Both the position numbers and the translations under genes were made by a program. Below, in pieces: positions 10,817 to 18,457 of a stretch of DNA of 64,000 nucleotides. A model generated the notes under the pieces. It saw nothing but the letters and a program-made list of their open reading frames with translations, ran no database searches and had not been told where the DNA came from. The DNA comes from Alphaproteobacteria bacterium (GTDB taxonomy: Bacteria; Pseudomonadota; Alphaproteobacteria; RF32; CAG-239): the NCBI GenBank assembly GCA_016288295.1, contig JAEEYV010000052.1:8626-72625 (forward strand), written 5' to 3'. Within the stretch, counting starts at the first letter, position 1. Each line of letters begins with the position of its first letter.

Positions 10817-10851
10817 AAAATCCCCGTTCTGCTTCTGCAGGCGGGGATTTT
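10817..10851 (+). terminator. Intrinsic terminator
   Basis: aaaatccccg...cggggatttt stem followed by a T-rich run. Confidence 0.7.
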
Positions 10852-11004
10852 GATTTATATTTTTTTTACTAACGAATCGTTTTTTTGCCCTCAATTAACC
10901 CTTTATTAGCTTATTTATACTATATTTAAACAAAATGGTTGCATTTTTAGACAAATTGTGTTATAAAATAACCATAAGCAATTTTTTTATGAAAGGAACG
11001 AGAT

Positions 11005-11349
11005 ATGACAGATCAAAAACAAGAAGAACGTCCATTAACCCCTAAAGAAAAAGCTAAAATTAATGATGTTATGAATCAGTCTGATGCTAAAGCCTGGTAT
11101 GGTGATAACAATAAGCGTATGGAGTTATTAAGGGAACGTGTTGAAGCAGAAGTCCGCAGTCTTACCGACGAACAACAAAAACGTGCAAACAATAATCAGC
11201 CCCCTCTAACTGCAACACAGCAGGAAATCGTCGTTACTAAATATGGTACTCCAAAATCCAAATTGCGGATTGAAAGCGAAGATGCTCTGGCTAAAGATGA
11301 ATTTAAAACATATCAGGATTCTGAGCGTAGTAATAGAGATAGAGCATAG
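11005..11349 (+). CDS. hypothetical protein (114 aa, charged)
   Basis: ORF with an AAAGGA RBS, its own promoter and its own terminator. Confidence 0.55.
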   Translation: MTDQKQEERPLTPKEKAKINDVMNQSDAKAWYGDNNKRMELLRERVEAEVRSLTDEQQKRANNNQPPLTATQQEIVVTKYGTPKSKLRIESEDALAKDEFKTYQDSERSNRDRA

Positions 11350-11374
11350 CCGTAAAACGTATATACTATATCAA

Positions 11375-11399
11375 AGAGGTCTTCGGACCTCTTTTTTTA
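11375..11399 (+). terminator. Intrinsic terminator
   Basis: agaggtc-ttcg-gacctct followed by T7. Confidence 0.8.
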
Positions 11400-11490
11400 T
11401 ACAATAATATTTTTTTGACAAAATGCTTGATTTTTCTCAAAAAAGGAATTATATTGCCCCAATAAAACATTATTTATAAATCATTGTAAT

Positions 11491-11919
11491 ATGAAAGACA
11501 GAATTTTAACTTTAATCTGCACAGCAATATTGGCAGTGTTCGGTGCTAACGTGGCATACTACTGCGTGTGCGATGTAGGCCTTGTGCCGGTTTGTATCTG
11601 TGTTGCTATCGTGGTGGCACTTGAGAGTGTTTATTCCGTAAAAAATGTGGAATTTTCGTGGATTGGATTAACATTTCATTTATGCGCGTTTTTGTGTTTT
11701 TTCTACATCGCATATAGCAATGGAACATTATTCCAAGACGTTGCCTACAGACCTCAAGGACCGGATCTTGCTGCAGGACTTTATCACAAACCTGCCGATT
11801 TCGGATGCGGTGTTTCACCGGCCTGGCAGTGGTGGCTATTCGTAGGGTTGATTTGCTTGCGAATATTCATTATTCAGCCAGTAATTTTATTCTGTGGACG
11901 CCGAAAAACAGAAAACTAA
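11491..11919 (+). CDS. hypothetical integral membrane protein
   Basis: 142 aa with about 4 hydrophobic helices. Confidence 0.5.
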   Translation: MKDRILTLICTAILAVFGANVAYYCVCDVGLVPVCICVAIVVALESVYSVKNVEFSWIGLTFHLCAFLCFFYIAYSNGTLFQDVAYRPQGPDLAAGLYHKPADFGCGVSPAWQWWLFVGLICLRIFIIQPVILFCGRRKTEN

Positions 11920-12304
11920 CAACAAGCCCTGTCTCCTCCTAAAGGAGCAGGGCTTAAAAATTACTTCATCCTTGTGAGTTAAGTCAATCAATTCGATCGA
12001 ATCAATCATTCCTCATTTTTGCTAGAAAACGTCCAGAGATTTTCAAATTTTAAAGGATATCGATATTTATAATCCAGAAGTATGTAATGACAATATGGGA
12101 TATATAATTATGGAAAGTTACGATATGTCTAGCCTTGGCCAATCATGCCAAACTAACGACAATACAAACACTATTACGATGCCCACAACTAAACAAATTT
12201 TTCATGAAAATAAGAAAAACGCCCTCCATTTGACATTTTTTTAAAAAAGAATTATGTAAAATCAATCTATTATTTAAAAAAATACAATATTTGTTATTTT
12301 TTTC

Positions 12305-12333
12305 TTGACATCTTGTTTTGATTTTGTTAAACC
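12305..12333 (+). promoter_or_regulatory. Sigma-70-like promoter of the GC-rich RNA unit
   Basis: TTGACA-17 nt-TAAACC. It is preceded by the same 14-mer, TTTTTTTCTTGACA, found at the tRNA-cluster promoter. Confidence 0.5.
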
Positions 12334-12339
12334 TCTCCC

Positions 12340-12769
12340 TACAAATTAATTATGCAGAAATTATTCACAATTATATAGCGAGAGCGCCAACACTTTCACC
12401 GAATATGGTGCCCCCGCACTTGAGAATCTCATAGCGCAAACTACGAGCCGGACCAACATCACCCGCTCAACATGGACAGGATCATGGGATAACCACGCCA
12501 TCTCCGCCGACACTAGCCGCGAAATGGATCATCGAGCCACCCACGTTTTCTTCCCGACGATTGACGACCACCAACGGACGCCGCTGCCTCATCGCAGACA
12601 CCGCCGCCCACTACGTCGAGAGAGCAAGCAGGTAGCAATAGAGGTACCAGTGTTTCACTTCAACACATCCAGGTGCCACCCAGGTAACATTCTGCAAACC
12701 GCTATGATATTCCAGCAGAGCCCCTCGTCACGCAATGTGACAGGGGCTCTGTGTTTTATATATTTTTTT
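12340..12769 (+). ncRNA. Candidate roughly 400-nt GC-rich, C-skewed non-coding RNA of unknown class
   Basis: It has its own promoter (12305-12333) and an intrinsic terminator (hairpin 12717-12750 plus T-run). The core at about 12380-12720 is far more GC-rich than the surrounding DNA. There is no credible ORF. Confidence 0.35.
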
Positions 12770-12770
12770 C

Positions 12771-12799
12771 TTGACAACATCATTTTTTAGTGTTTTACT
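12771..12799 (+). promoter_or_regulatory. Promoter of the tRNA cluster
   Basis: TTGACA-17 nt-TTTACT with the upstream T7C tract. Confidence 0.5.
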
Positions 12800-12885
12800 C
12801 ACCCCCACTAAAAAATAATTAAGAAATTATTCCATAAGACATATAAATATAAAGGTATTTTGATGTTAAAACAACGCAAACACGT

Positions 12886-12957
12886 GGAGAAATAGTTAAG
12901 TGGTCTAGAACGCACGCCATCTGGCGTAAGACCTGGGTTCGAATCCCGGTTTCTCTA
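12886..12957 (+). tRNA. tRNA-like gene with no canonical anticodon loop
   Basis: Acceptor GGAGAAA/TTTCTCT, D arm GTT-AAGTGGTCTAG-AAC and T arm CTGGG-TTCGAAT-CCCGG are intact. The anticodon arm is ACGCC-ATCT-GGCGT (4-nt loop, or a 6-nt loop CATCTG if one base pair opens). Confidence 0.5.
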
Positions 12958-12963
12958 CAAAAC

Positions 12964-13037
12964 GGATCACTAGCTCAATTGGTTAGAGCACTGCACTACG
13001 GATGCAGAGGTTTACAGTTCGAGTCTGTAGTGATTCA
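12964..13037 (+). tRNA. tRNA-Arg (anticodon ACG)
   Basis: Hand-folded cloverleaf: GGATCAC/GTGATTC acceptor, CTGCA-CTACGGA-TGCAG anticodon arm, TTCGAGT T-loop. No encoded CCA. Confidence 0.9.
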
Positions 13038-13045
13038 CAAAAAAA

Positions 13046-13115
13046 GATTGTGTAGCTCAGTGGTAGAGCAACGGATTCAAATCCGTGGTCCTCGGTTCAA
13101 ATCCGAGCACGATCT
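13046..13115 (+). tRNA. tRNA-like gene, class I body with a 6-nt anticodon loop (TTCAAA; CAA-like)
   Basis: GATTGTG/CACGATC acceptor with normal D and T arms. The anticodon arm ACGGA-TTCAAA-TCCGT has a perfect 5-bp stem but only 6 loop nucleotides. There is no long variable arm. Confidence 0.55.
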
Positions 13116-13121
13116 CAAGAC

Positions 13122-13194
13122 GAGGGTATAGCTCAGCAGGTAGAGCAGCGGATTCTTAATCTGTGTGTCCTCGGTTCGAGTCCGAGTACCCTCA
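13122..13194 (+). tRNA. tRNA-Lys (anticodon CTT)
   Basis: GAGGGTA/TACCCTC acceptor, GCGGA-TTCTTAA-TCTGT anticodon arm, TTCGAGT T-loop. Confidence 0.85.
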
Positions 13195-13196
13195 CA

Positions 13197-13271
13197 ACGT
13201 GTATAGCTCAGTTGGTTCAGAGCGCTGGAATATAGATCCAGAGGTCCCCAGTTCGAGTCTGGGTGCGCGTT
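13197..13271 (+). tRNA. Atypical class-I tRNA with anticodon ATA (formally Tyr)
   Basis: ACGTGTA/TGCGCGT acceptor (A1-U72) and CTGGA-ATATAGA-TCCAG anticodon arm (A32, U33, AUA, G37). The variable region is short, unlike bacterial tRNA-Tyr. Confidence 0.55.
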
Positions 13272-13351
13272 CTCAGATTTTGCGTTGAATTTTTAACATC
13301 TAGGATCAAGCGCCTATTTCACCTATGGCCCTCATCCGATACCATTCCCCC

Positions 13352-13383
13352 AGACCTCCTCGTGCCCAGAAGCCGGGAGGTCT
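13352..13383 (+). terminator. Probable terminator of the tRNA cluster
   Basis: agacctcc...ggaggtct stem followed by cttattt (weak U-tract). Confidence 0.4.
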
Positions 13384-13550
13384 CTTATTTGAGATAATTA
13401 ACCTTCTATACTATAACAAAACCTACAGTGTCGTGAGACACATTGTTTCCAAAGCCTCCCAAGCATCAAAGGACGCCTTGGAAACCAATAGTTAGAAAAT
13501 TTGACGTGCAGGCTCTCCACCAAGGAGTGCCTGTTTTTTTATTCGTTTTG

Positions 13551-13579
13551 TTGACATTTTTCCAGATTCGTACTAATAT
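13551..13579 (+). promoter_or_regulatory. Sigma-70-like promoter of the 13619 ORF
   Basis: TTGACA-17 nt-TAATAT. Confidence 0.5.
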
Positions 13580-13618
13580 TCTTATATGTTAATTTACACA
13601 GCCTAACGGGGGTATAAA

Positions 13619-14590
13619 ATGGGTACAGAATCTACACAATTTGAAGATGATAAACTCTGGATGCAAGACATAACAAAGGACAATCGTCGCACAATTAGCG
13701 TTGAAAATAAAGAAAAGGGCGATATGAAAATTCAATCGCTGACCATTAGTACTAAAGAAGAATATGTTGAATCGCATTATGAACCCGCCAAATATTCTTT
13801 TGACCATCCGGAACAAAATAAAGGTACAACTGCTAAAACTCGCATGACACGAGTAACTGTTTCGCTTTCAGAGACCGCTCCTAATGGTGAGTCTCGAAGC
13901 GATGCCAGAATATCTTTTCTCAAACCTGCTTCCCAAAATCCAGATGCTCCTATAGGCATAGAGCGAGATTTGGAAAATTTAGATGGTCTTATGGAAGTTT
14001 ATAAGGAAGTTGCAAAATCAAAACCGACAGTAGAAGGCTATAAAATCCAAAGTTTTTTAGATAAATATGTTTTTAATACAGATAATGGACGCTATGCACT
14101 GAATCAATATCTTTCCGAAAATCCCAGAACAGAAAAACCTGCAAAATATACAAATAATGTCAAGCTGATTCATAAAAAAGGTGAGCTTGTCGGTGCCGAA
14201 GTTATTGCTAAGGAATATTCCGGCGACAGACTTAAAGACAGCCCTGATGGTAGAGAATTTAGGGTCAGATTTAATGTTAAAAAAGATTCCAATGGCAATG
14301 ATGTTTTAGGAGTTGATATTGGAATTGCAAAACATGTCGGACCATTTAAGAGATATCTCTCTTTATGTAGTAAAGAAGCGGCAATGCAACATTCTAAATT
14401 GAAATCATTTTTTGACGACCCCAAGGCTATTCAGAAATTAATTACAGCAAAAGCCATTTCTTCAACAAACATAAATAGATTCAATATGCCGGACATTTTA
14501 GAAAATGCTCGTCAGGCAGCATTTGATGAGCTTAATAATAGAGAAGTTGCATTAATGCGTAGTATGCGAAATAAAAGAGCCAATGGATAA
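13619..14590 (+). CDS. hypothetical protein (323 aa)
   Basis: ORF with a GGGGG RBS, its own promoter and its own terminator. No family recognised. Confidence 0.6.
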   Translation: MGTESTQFEDDKLWMQDITKDNRRTISVENKEKGDMKIQSLTISTKEEYVESHYEPAKYSFDHPEQNKGTTAKTRMTRVTVSLSETAPNGESRSDARISFLKPASQNPDAPIGIERDLENLDGLMEVYKEVAKSKPTVEGYKIQSFLDKYVFNTDNGRYALNQYLSENPRTEKPAKYTNNVKLIHKKGELVGAEVIAKEYSGDRLKDSPDGREFRVRFNVKKDSNGNDVLGVDIGIAKHVGPFKRYLSLCSKEAAMQHSKLKSFFDDPKAIQKLITAKAISSTNINRFNMPDILENARQAAFDELNNREVALMRSMRNKRANG

Positions 14591-14609
14591 TTGATTTTAT
14601 TTTCAAATA

Positions 14610-14634
14610 ACTCATCCTTCGGGGTGAGTTTTTT
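14610..14634 (+). terminator. Intrinsic terminator
   Basis: actcatcc-ttcg-ggggtgagt followed by T5. Confidence 0.8.
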
Positions 14635-14658
14635 GATGTCCGCTTTCTAAAAAAAACA

Positions 14659-14687
14659 TTGACATATTTGGACAAATGTGTTACAAA
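14659..14687 (+). promoter_or_regulatory. Sigma-70-like promoter of the 14727 ORF, with a conserved spacer motif
   Basis: TTGACA-17 nt-TACAAA. The spacer contains TTGGACAAATGTGT. Confidence 0.5.
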
Positions 14688-14726
14688 CTACCCAATTCAC
14701 TATACTATTAATATTAATTATTCAAT

Positions 14727-15164
14727 ATGGAAAACCAAAGAAAAATCAAGGAACTTGCTGCCAAGTTCAAAGCTCTTCTTGCCAAAGGCGAGAACGTTAC
14801 TACCCCATGGGGTTATTGCTGCAAAGAGTGTCATGACTACACATCGATGTTTGCAAGGCTGCTCGCTTCACCGGAGTGTATTGCGGATCTGAAGATTAAG
14901 CACGATCCCCAGACAAACATAGTAACATTCCTTGGCACCGAGGAAATGTCGCAAGATGCCAAGCAAGGCAACCTTGACATGCTGGGCATCATTGCTTGCG
15001 GTTTACCGGAAGAAGTTCTTCCTCTTTATGCGAGAACTATCGCTAAGGATGCTGTCGGTGATATGCCTGGTGCGACCAGATCACAAAAAGCGCGCGAGCG
15101 CTACAAGGTGCGCCAGTACATCACTAAAATCTATCAGATGTATCAAAGAGCTCTCGCCGCATAA
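14727..15164 (+). CDS. hypothetical protein (145 aa)
   Basis: ORF bracketed by a promoter and a terminator. Confidence 0.55.
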   Translation: MENQRKIKELAAKFKALLAKGENVTTPWGYCCKECHDYTSMFARLLASPECIADLKIKHDPQTNIVTFLGTEEMSQDAKQGNLDMLGIIACGLPEEVLPLYARTIAKDAVGDMPGATRSQKARERYKVRQYITKIYQMYQRALAA

Positions 15165-15181
15165 ACCCGACACAGACAACA

Positions 15182-15217
15182 ACAAAGCCTCAAACTCACC
15201 AGAGTTTGGGGCTTTGT
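15182..15217. terminator. Bidirectional terminator hairpin
   Basis: acaaagcctcaaactc-acca-gagtttggggctttgt lies between convergent ORFs. Confidence 0.7.
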
Positions 15218-15219
15218 TG

Positions 15220-15975
15220 TTATTCAAATTGATGTCCTTTATATATAACTTTTGTTACGTAAAACTGCCTGCAATGTCCGGCTCCCGGCATACCGCCATA
15301 AAGTTGTTTGGTGTGAACTTCACCTTTTTGGGTTGCTGTCTCAATATGAAACCACGAAAACTTTCCGGTTCCGCGCCAGTCCATCAAATATCCCTCAAAC
15401 TCAGCAATATCTCCCTTTTTTAAAAGTGCAATTGCTCTCCTTACGGCCCGTGTTGCCGGAATAACGTGATTGTTATTAATTTCATCTCTGTTTATAATCG
15501 GGGCATCTGCGTACATATATTTGTAGTTCAACGCTCGTTCTTCATGGTCGAATTGAATTTTTTTCAAATTATTTTCATCAGAGGTTTTTCCGTGGACAAT
15601 CGAAACATCAACTGCTGCCACAGCATTGTAGAGTTTTGTTCCCTCTTTTCCGGCGGAATGATACCACGTATTAATTATCCCATCGTTCCAGTCCACCCAG
15701 ACCACACGTCCGCGCACTTTGTAATGCACACGCAGACGATACAATATGTCATAACCGCTGATGTTTACCGCCTGCCATGCTTGGTTGCCTAAATCTTCAA
15801 AACTCTCATTTAGGGGAGCATCTTTTTCAGCAACTTTTTGCCCCCAAATCAAATTGTATGTAACTGGTTTAAGCCAATGCCAACCGACAATAGCCACTGC
15901 CACAGCCAAATATATAGTTTGTTTTCTGGTTAAAGATATTTTCAAAGTTCTTATCTCTTCAATCTGTTCCACCAT
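15220..15975 (-). CDS. hypothetical membrane-anchored protein (251 aa)
   Basis: ORF with an N-terminal TM helix (IYLAVAVAIVGWHWL). It overlaps the upstream ORF by about 25 nt. Confidence 0.6.
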   Translation of the reverse strand: MVEQIEEIRTLKISLTRKQTIYLAVAVAIVGWHWLKPVTYNLIWGQKVAEKDAPLNESFEDLGNQAWQAVNISGYDILYRLRVHYKVRGRVVWVDWNDGIINTWYHSAGKEGTKLYNAVAAVDVSIVHGKTSDENNLKKIQFDHEERALNYKYMYADAPIINRDEINNNHVIPATRAVRRAIALLKKGDIAEFEGYLMDWRGTGKFSWFHIETATQKGEVHTKQLYGGMPGAGHCRQFYVTKVIYKGHQFE

Positions 15976-16487
15976 TCTTTAAACAGAGTTGCATAACTGT
16001 CTTTTTTAGCAACTTCAACCACATTGTTTTCGCAAGTCATATTCAAATTTTTTATAAAATCATTCAGTTCACTGATACTTTGCGGAGTATTAAAAACATT
16101 GTTGCTCATAAAATCTAAAAGTGCGGTACGTTTGGAATTATCCGCAGGAAGACAATGATTTTCGATTTTATATTTCAAATACATCAGCCCTTCGGCTCCC
16201 CGCATCCGATTATTAAAATCGAACCACTTATCAATCGCAAGCTTAACTTGAGTTGTTTCAGCATTTTTATAATTGATTAAAGTAACTTTAATATCGGTAC
16301 TGTCGCTATTTCCAGTTTTGCTTTTTGAAGCAATGGGCAGAACGTTAATTTCGCCTAAAGAATTACCTGGAATTTTATTCCTAAATCTGTAAGAAACCGC
16401 TCCCAACTTTTTTTTATCATGAGCATTGGACGTAGCCAGGCAGTTTATATTGCAAGTTCCACTTTCAAAATGCTCTAAACTGGTCAT
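15951..16487 (-). CDS. hypothetical protein (178 aa)
   Basis: Start moved to ATG 16487 (MTSLEHF), which is preceded by AGGAGGAG. Confidence 0.6.
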   Translation of the reverse strand: MTSLEHFESGTCNINCLATSNAHDKKKLGAVSYRFRNKIPGNSLGEINVLPIASKSKTGNSDSTDIKVTLINYKNAETTQVKLAIDKWFDFNNRMRGAEGLMYLKYKIENHCLPADNSKRTALLDFMSNNVFNTPQSISELNDFIKNLNMTCENNVVEVAKKDSYATLFKEWWNRLKR

Positions 16488-16833
16488 GTTTTCTCCTCCT
16501 AACAAACAGCACTAATATAATACAATTTATAATTTAAGAAAAGCTTAAAAATAACACAAAAGCAAAAACAACGCCACCACGTCATTTTTGCTTTTGTAAT
16601 TTTTCAGGTTATGCCGCTTATTACTTCGAGAATTTGGTTGTAAGTCGGAGCAGGGCGCCTACAACGTATGGGATTAGGCATGGGAGCAAAATTGATGTCC
16701 TTAAAAACTCGCCGCTCACCTCCATTTCTTACCTGTGGCAAAAGCATCAAATAGGCTTCAACTTTTTTTATTATAATCAAAGCATAAAAAAGACAGCCCA
16801 ACACGGGGATGCCTTTTGCTTGAGAATTTAAAA

Positions 16834-17580
16834 TTAGATACTTCTTATTTTACCATCTCTACCTACTCTATTAACGGGAATTCCTTTAGCTCGTTGCCCG
16901 CTAGTATCATTTCTAAGTCTATTCAACTCTTCTCGTGAGGGACCGTTGGTTGCTTGTGGTCTCCTTCTGGTAGAAGTTCTAGCTGTAGTTCGTTTGCGTT
17001 TGTCAAAAGTTCCTTTAGGTACTATTTCAATGCCGGGTTTTATGCTCTTTGAAGCAATAATATCGTTTCCCCATGCTTTTTTCATTTCTTGTATTGATTG
17101 TTTTAATTTGTCCGCATAGCCGCGATATCCGGTTGAATCAGTAAAAAGTCTAGGATTTTTATCCATTTCATCAAATATATATTGTGCATTACGCATGCTA
17201 TTATGAGCAGTTATATGGCATTTTTCTCGCATAAATTGAATACTGCTTTGTTCATCTAAATTATTTAATATGCGTTGTAAAGCATATTCGCAATCTTCTT
17301 GGTTTTTTCCTGGGATTTGCTTAAATGAATCAAAAATAACCATAACTTGTTGCCCACGCCTTCTGCAATCGGCTACCATGGCAATCAATCCCTCCCAACC
17401 GATATCGGGTTTGTTCTTATCACTAAAACATTTTTGATTATGCGTATCTTTGAACTTTTTGCCGGAAAATTTATCCCTAAACCAACCGACAAATTTTTCT
17501 TTTATTCCTTTTCTATCATAATCCAAACGATATCTCAGAAATAAAGGTTTTGCATTTTTTTGAAAATCTTCTAAATCCAT
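16834..17580 (-). CDS. hypothetical protein (248 aa, basic C-terminal tail)
   Basis: ORF with no recognised family. Confidence 0.55.
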   Translation of the reverse strand: MDLEDFQKNAKPLFLRYRLDYDRKGIKEKFVGWFRDKFSGKKFKDTHNQKCFSDKNKPDIGWEGLIAMVADCRRRGQQVMVIFDSFKQIPGKNQEDCEYALQRILNNLDEQSSIQFMREKCHITAHNSMRNAQYIFDEMDKNPRLFTDSTGYRGYADKLKQSIQEMKKAWGNDIIASKSIKPGIEIVPKGTFDKRKRTTARTSTRRRPQATNGPSREELNRLRNDTSGQRAKGIPVNRVGRDGKIRSI

Positions 17581-17645
17581 TTCTTTTCTCCCTCAACTAT
17601 CTTATTTTCTATATTATCATAATTTGTAGATTACATCAACAAAAT

Positions 17646-18335
17646 CTAAGGGCGTTCTTCACGCTTATATCCCATCCGCTCTTCGTCCTTGTAGGTAAAA
17701 TCAAAATATCTTTCATCAAAATTATTTACTTTACTCCGGCGACGATTATCTGATTTAATTTTTCTCAAGGCTTGGTTGTGCGCAAAATCATGGCTTCCCC
17801 CTTTTGTTCCGGTAACACCACCGGCCATAAAGGTTGTATCAACATAAATTTTTTTACCTCGATAATTAAAATAGTTCCAAGCATGACCAAAATTAGCTCG
17901 TTTTTGCCGATTCGTCAGATGTACTTTTTTCGGATAAGCATAGCCATGAACTTCTTCGGCCTGAATACCGGCTTTTTTGCACATTTCATTGAAGAGTTCA
18001 GCAAAATCTCCACAAATACCGACACGTGATTTCAATAGTTGTTGTGGCGTTTGTCCGTGGTATTTTCTGATTAACTTGCTGGTTTTGCCGTTGCTATAAA
18101 GATATTCGTCGTAATTAATATGACTCGCAATCCAAAATGCAATCATTTTTGCCTTGTCATAGTCATCATCAAGTGGTTTGACCAAATGCCTGGTCAAAAC
18201 GCTGACATCATTTTCAACTTTACGCGGCGTGTTCATCGCATAACGTTTAATCCGTTCTGACGAATAATTGGTTGCTTGAGCATAATTTATGCCTGCCAGC
18301 CAAAAAACAAATAAGAAATACCAAAGACGTTTCAT
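17646..18335 (-). CDS. secreted transglutaminase-like cysteine protease superfamily protein
   Basis: Signal peptide present. The Cys-His-Asp context is GICGDFAELF ... GHAWNYF ... YVDTT. Confidence 0.7.
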   Translation of the reverse strand: MKRLWYFLFVFWLAGINYAQATNYSSERIKRYAMNTPRKVENDVSVLTRHLVKPLDDDYDKAKMIAFWIASHINYDEYLYSNGKTSKLIRKYHGQTPQQLLKSRVGICGDFAELFNEMCKKAGIQAEEVHGYAYPKKVHLTNRQKRANFGHAWNYFNYRGKKIYVDTTFMAGGVTGTKGGSHDFAHNQALRKIKSDNRRRSKVNNFDERYFDFTYKDEERMGYKREERP

Positions 18336-18457
18336 TGCCGGTTTCCGATTCTAAATTCTGCTCAAAATTATATTTAAACCGGCTTAATTTTGCGTTAATG
18401 GTGATTAATGAATAAACTCCATAAAAAACTTGGCTCTAAGGCCAAGTTTTTTCAATT

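Noticed and set aside
12340-12769. Identification of the GC-rich unit as tmRNA (including the two-piece alphaproteobacterial form), RNase P RNA, SRP RNA or 6S RNA.
   Set aside because: I could not find the universal P4 GGAAAGUCC element, a GGGG...UUCGA...CCACCA tRNA-like domain, or an ANDN-type tag ORF ending in AA. Short resemblances to RNase P (GGUGCCA..GGUAAC, GCAAACCGC) are isolated. The class is left open pending a covariance-model search.
12524-12790. 88-aa ORF inside the GC-rich unit.
   Set aside because: The translation is Arg/His/Pro-rich and low-complexity, it runs through the terminator hairpin and the next promoter, and it has no RBS. The frame is open mainly because the strand is G-poor.
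14932-15423. 163-aa plus-strand ORF overlapping the end of the 14727 ORF, the terminator and the 15220 gene.
   Set aside because: It reads through a strong bidirectional terminator and is antisense to a better-supported ORF. Its composition is low-complexity.
16506-16833. Two overlapping 65-aa ORFs and a mildly GC-richer core in the 328-bp spacer, considered as a possible gene or sRNA.
   Set aside because: The ORFs have no start context. Only one clear hairpin is present (aaaagcaaaaa...tttttgctttt, 16557-16598), and it probably terminates the 16834 gene. There is not enough evidence for a separate feature.
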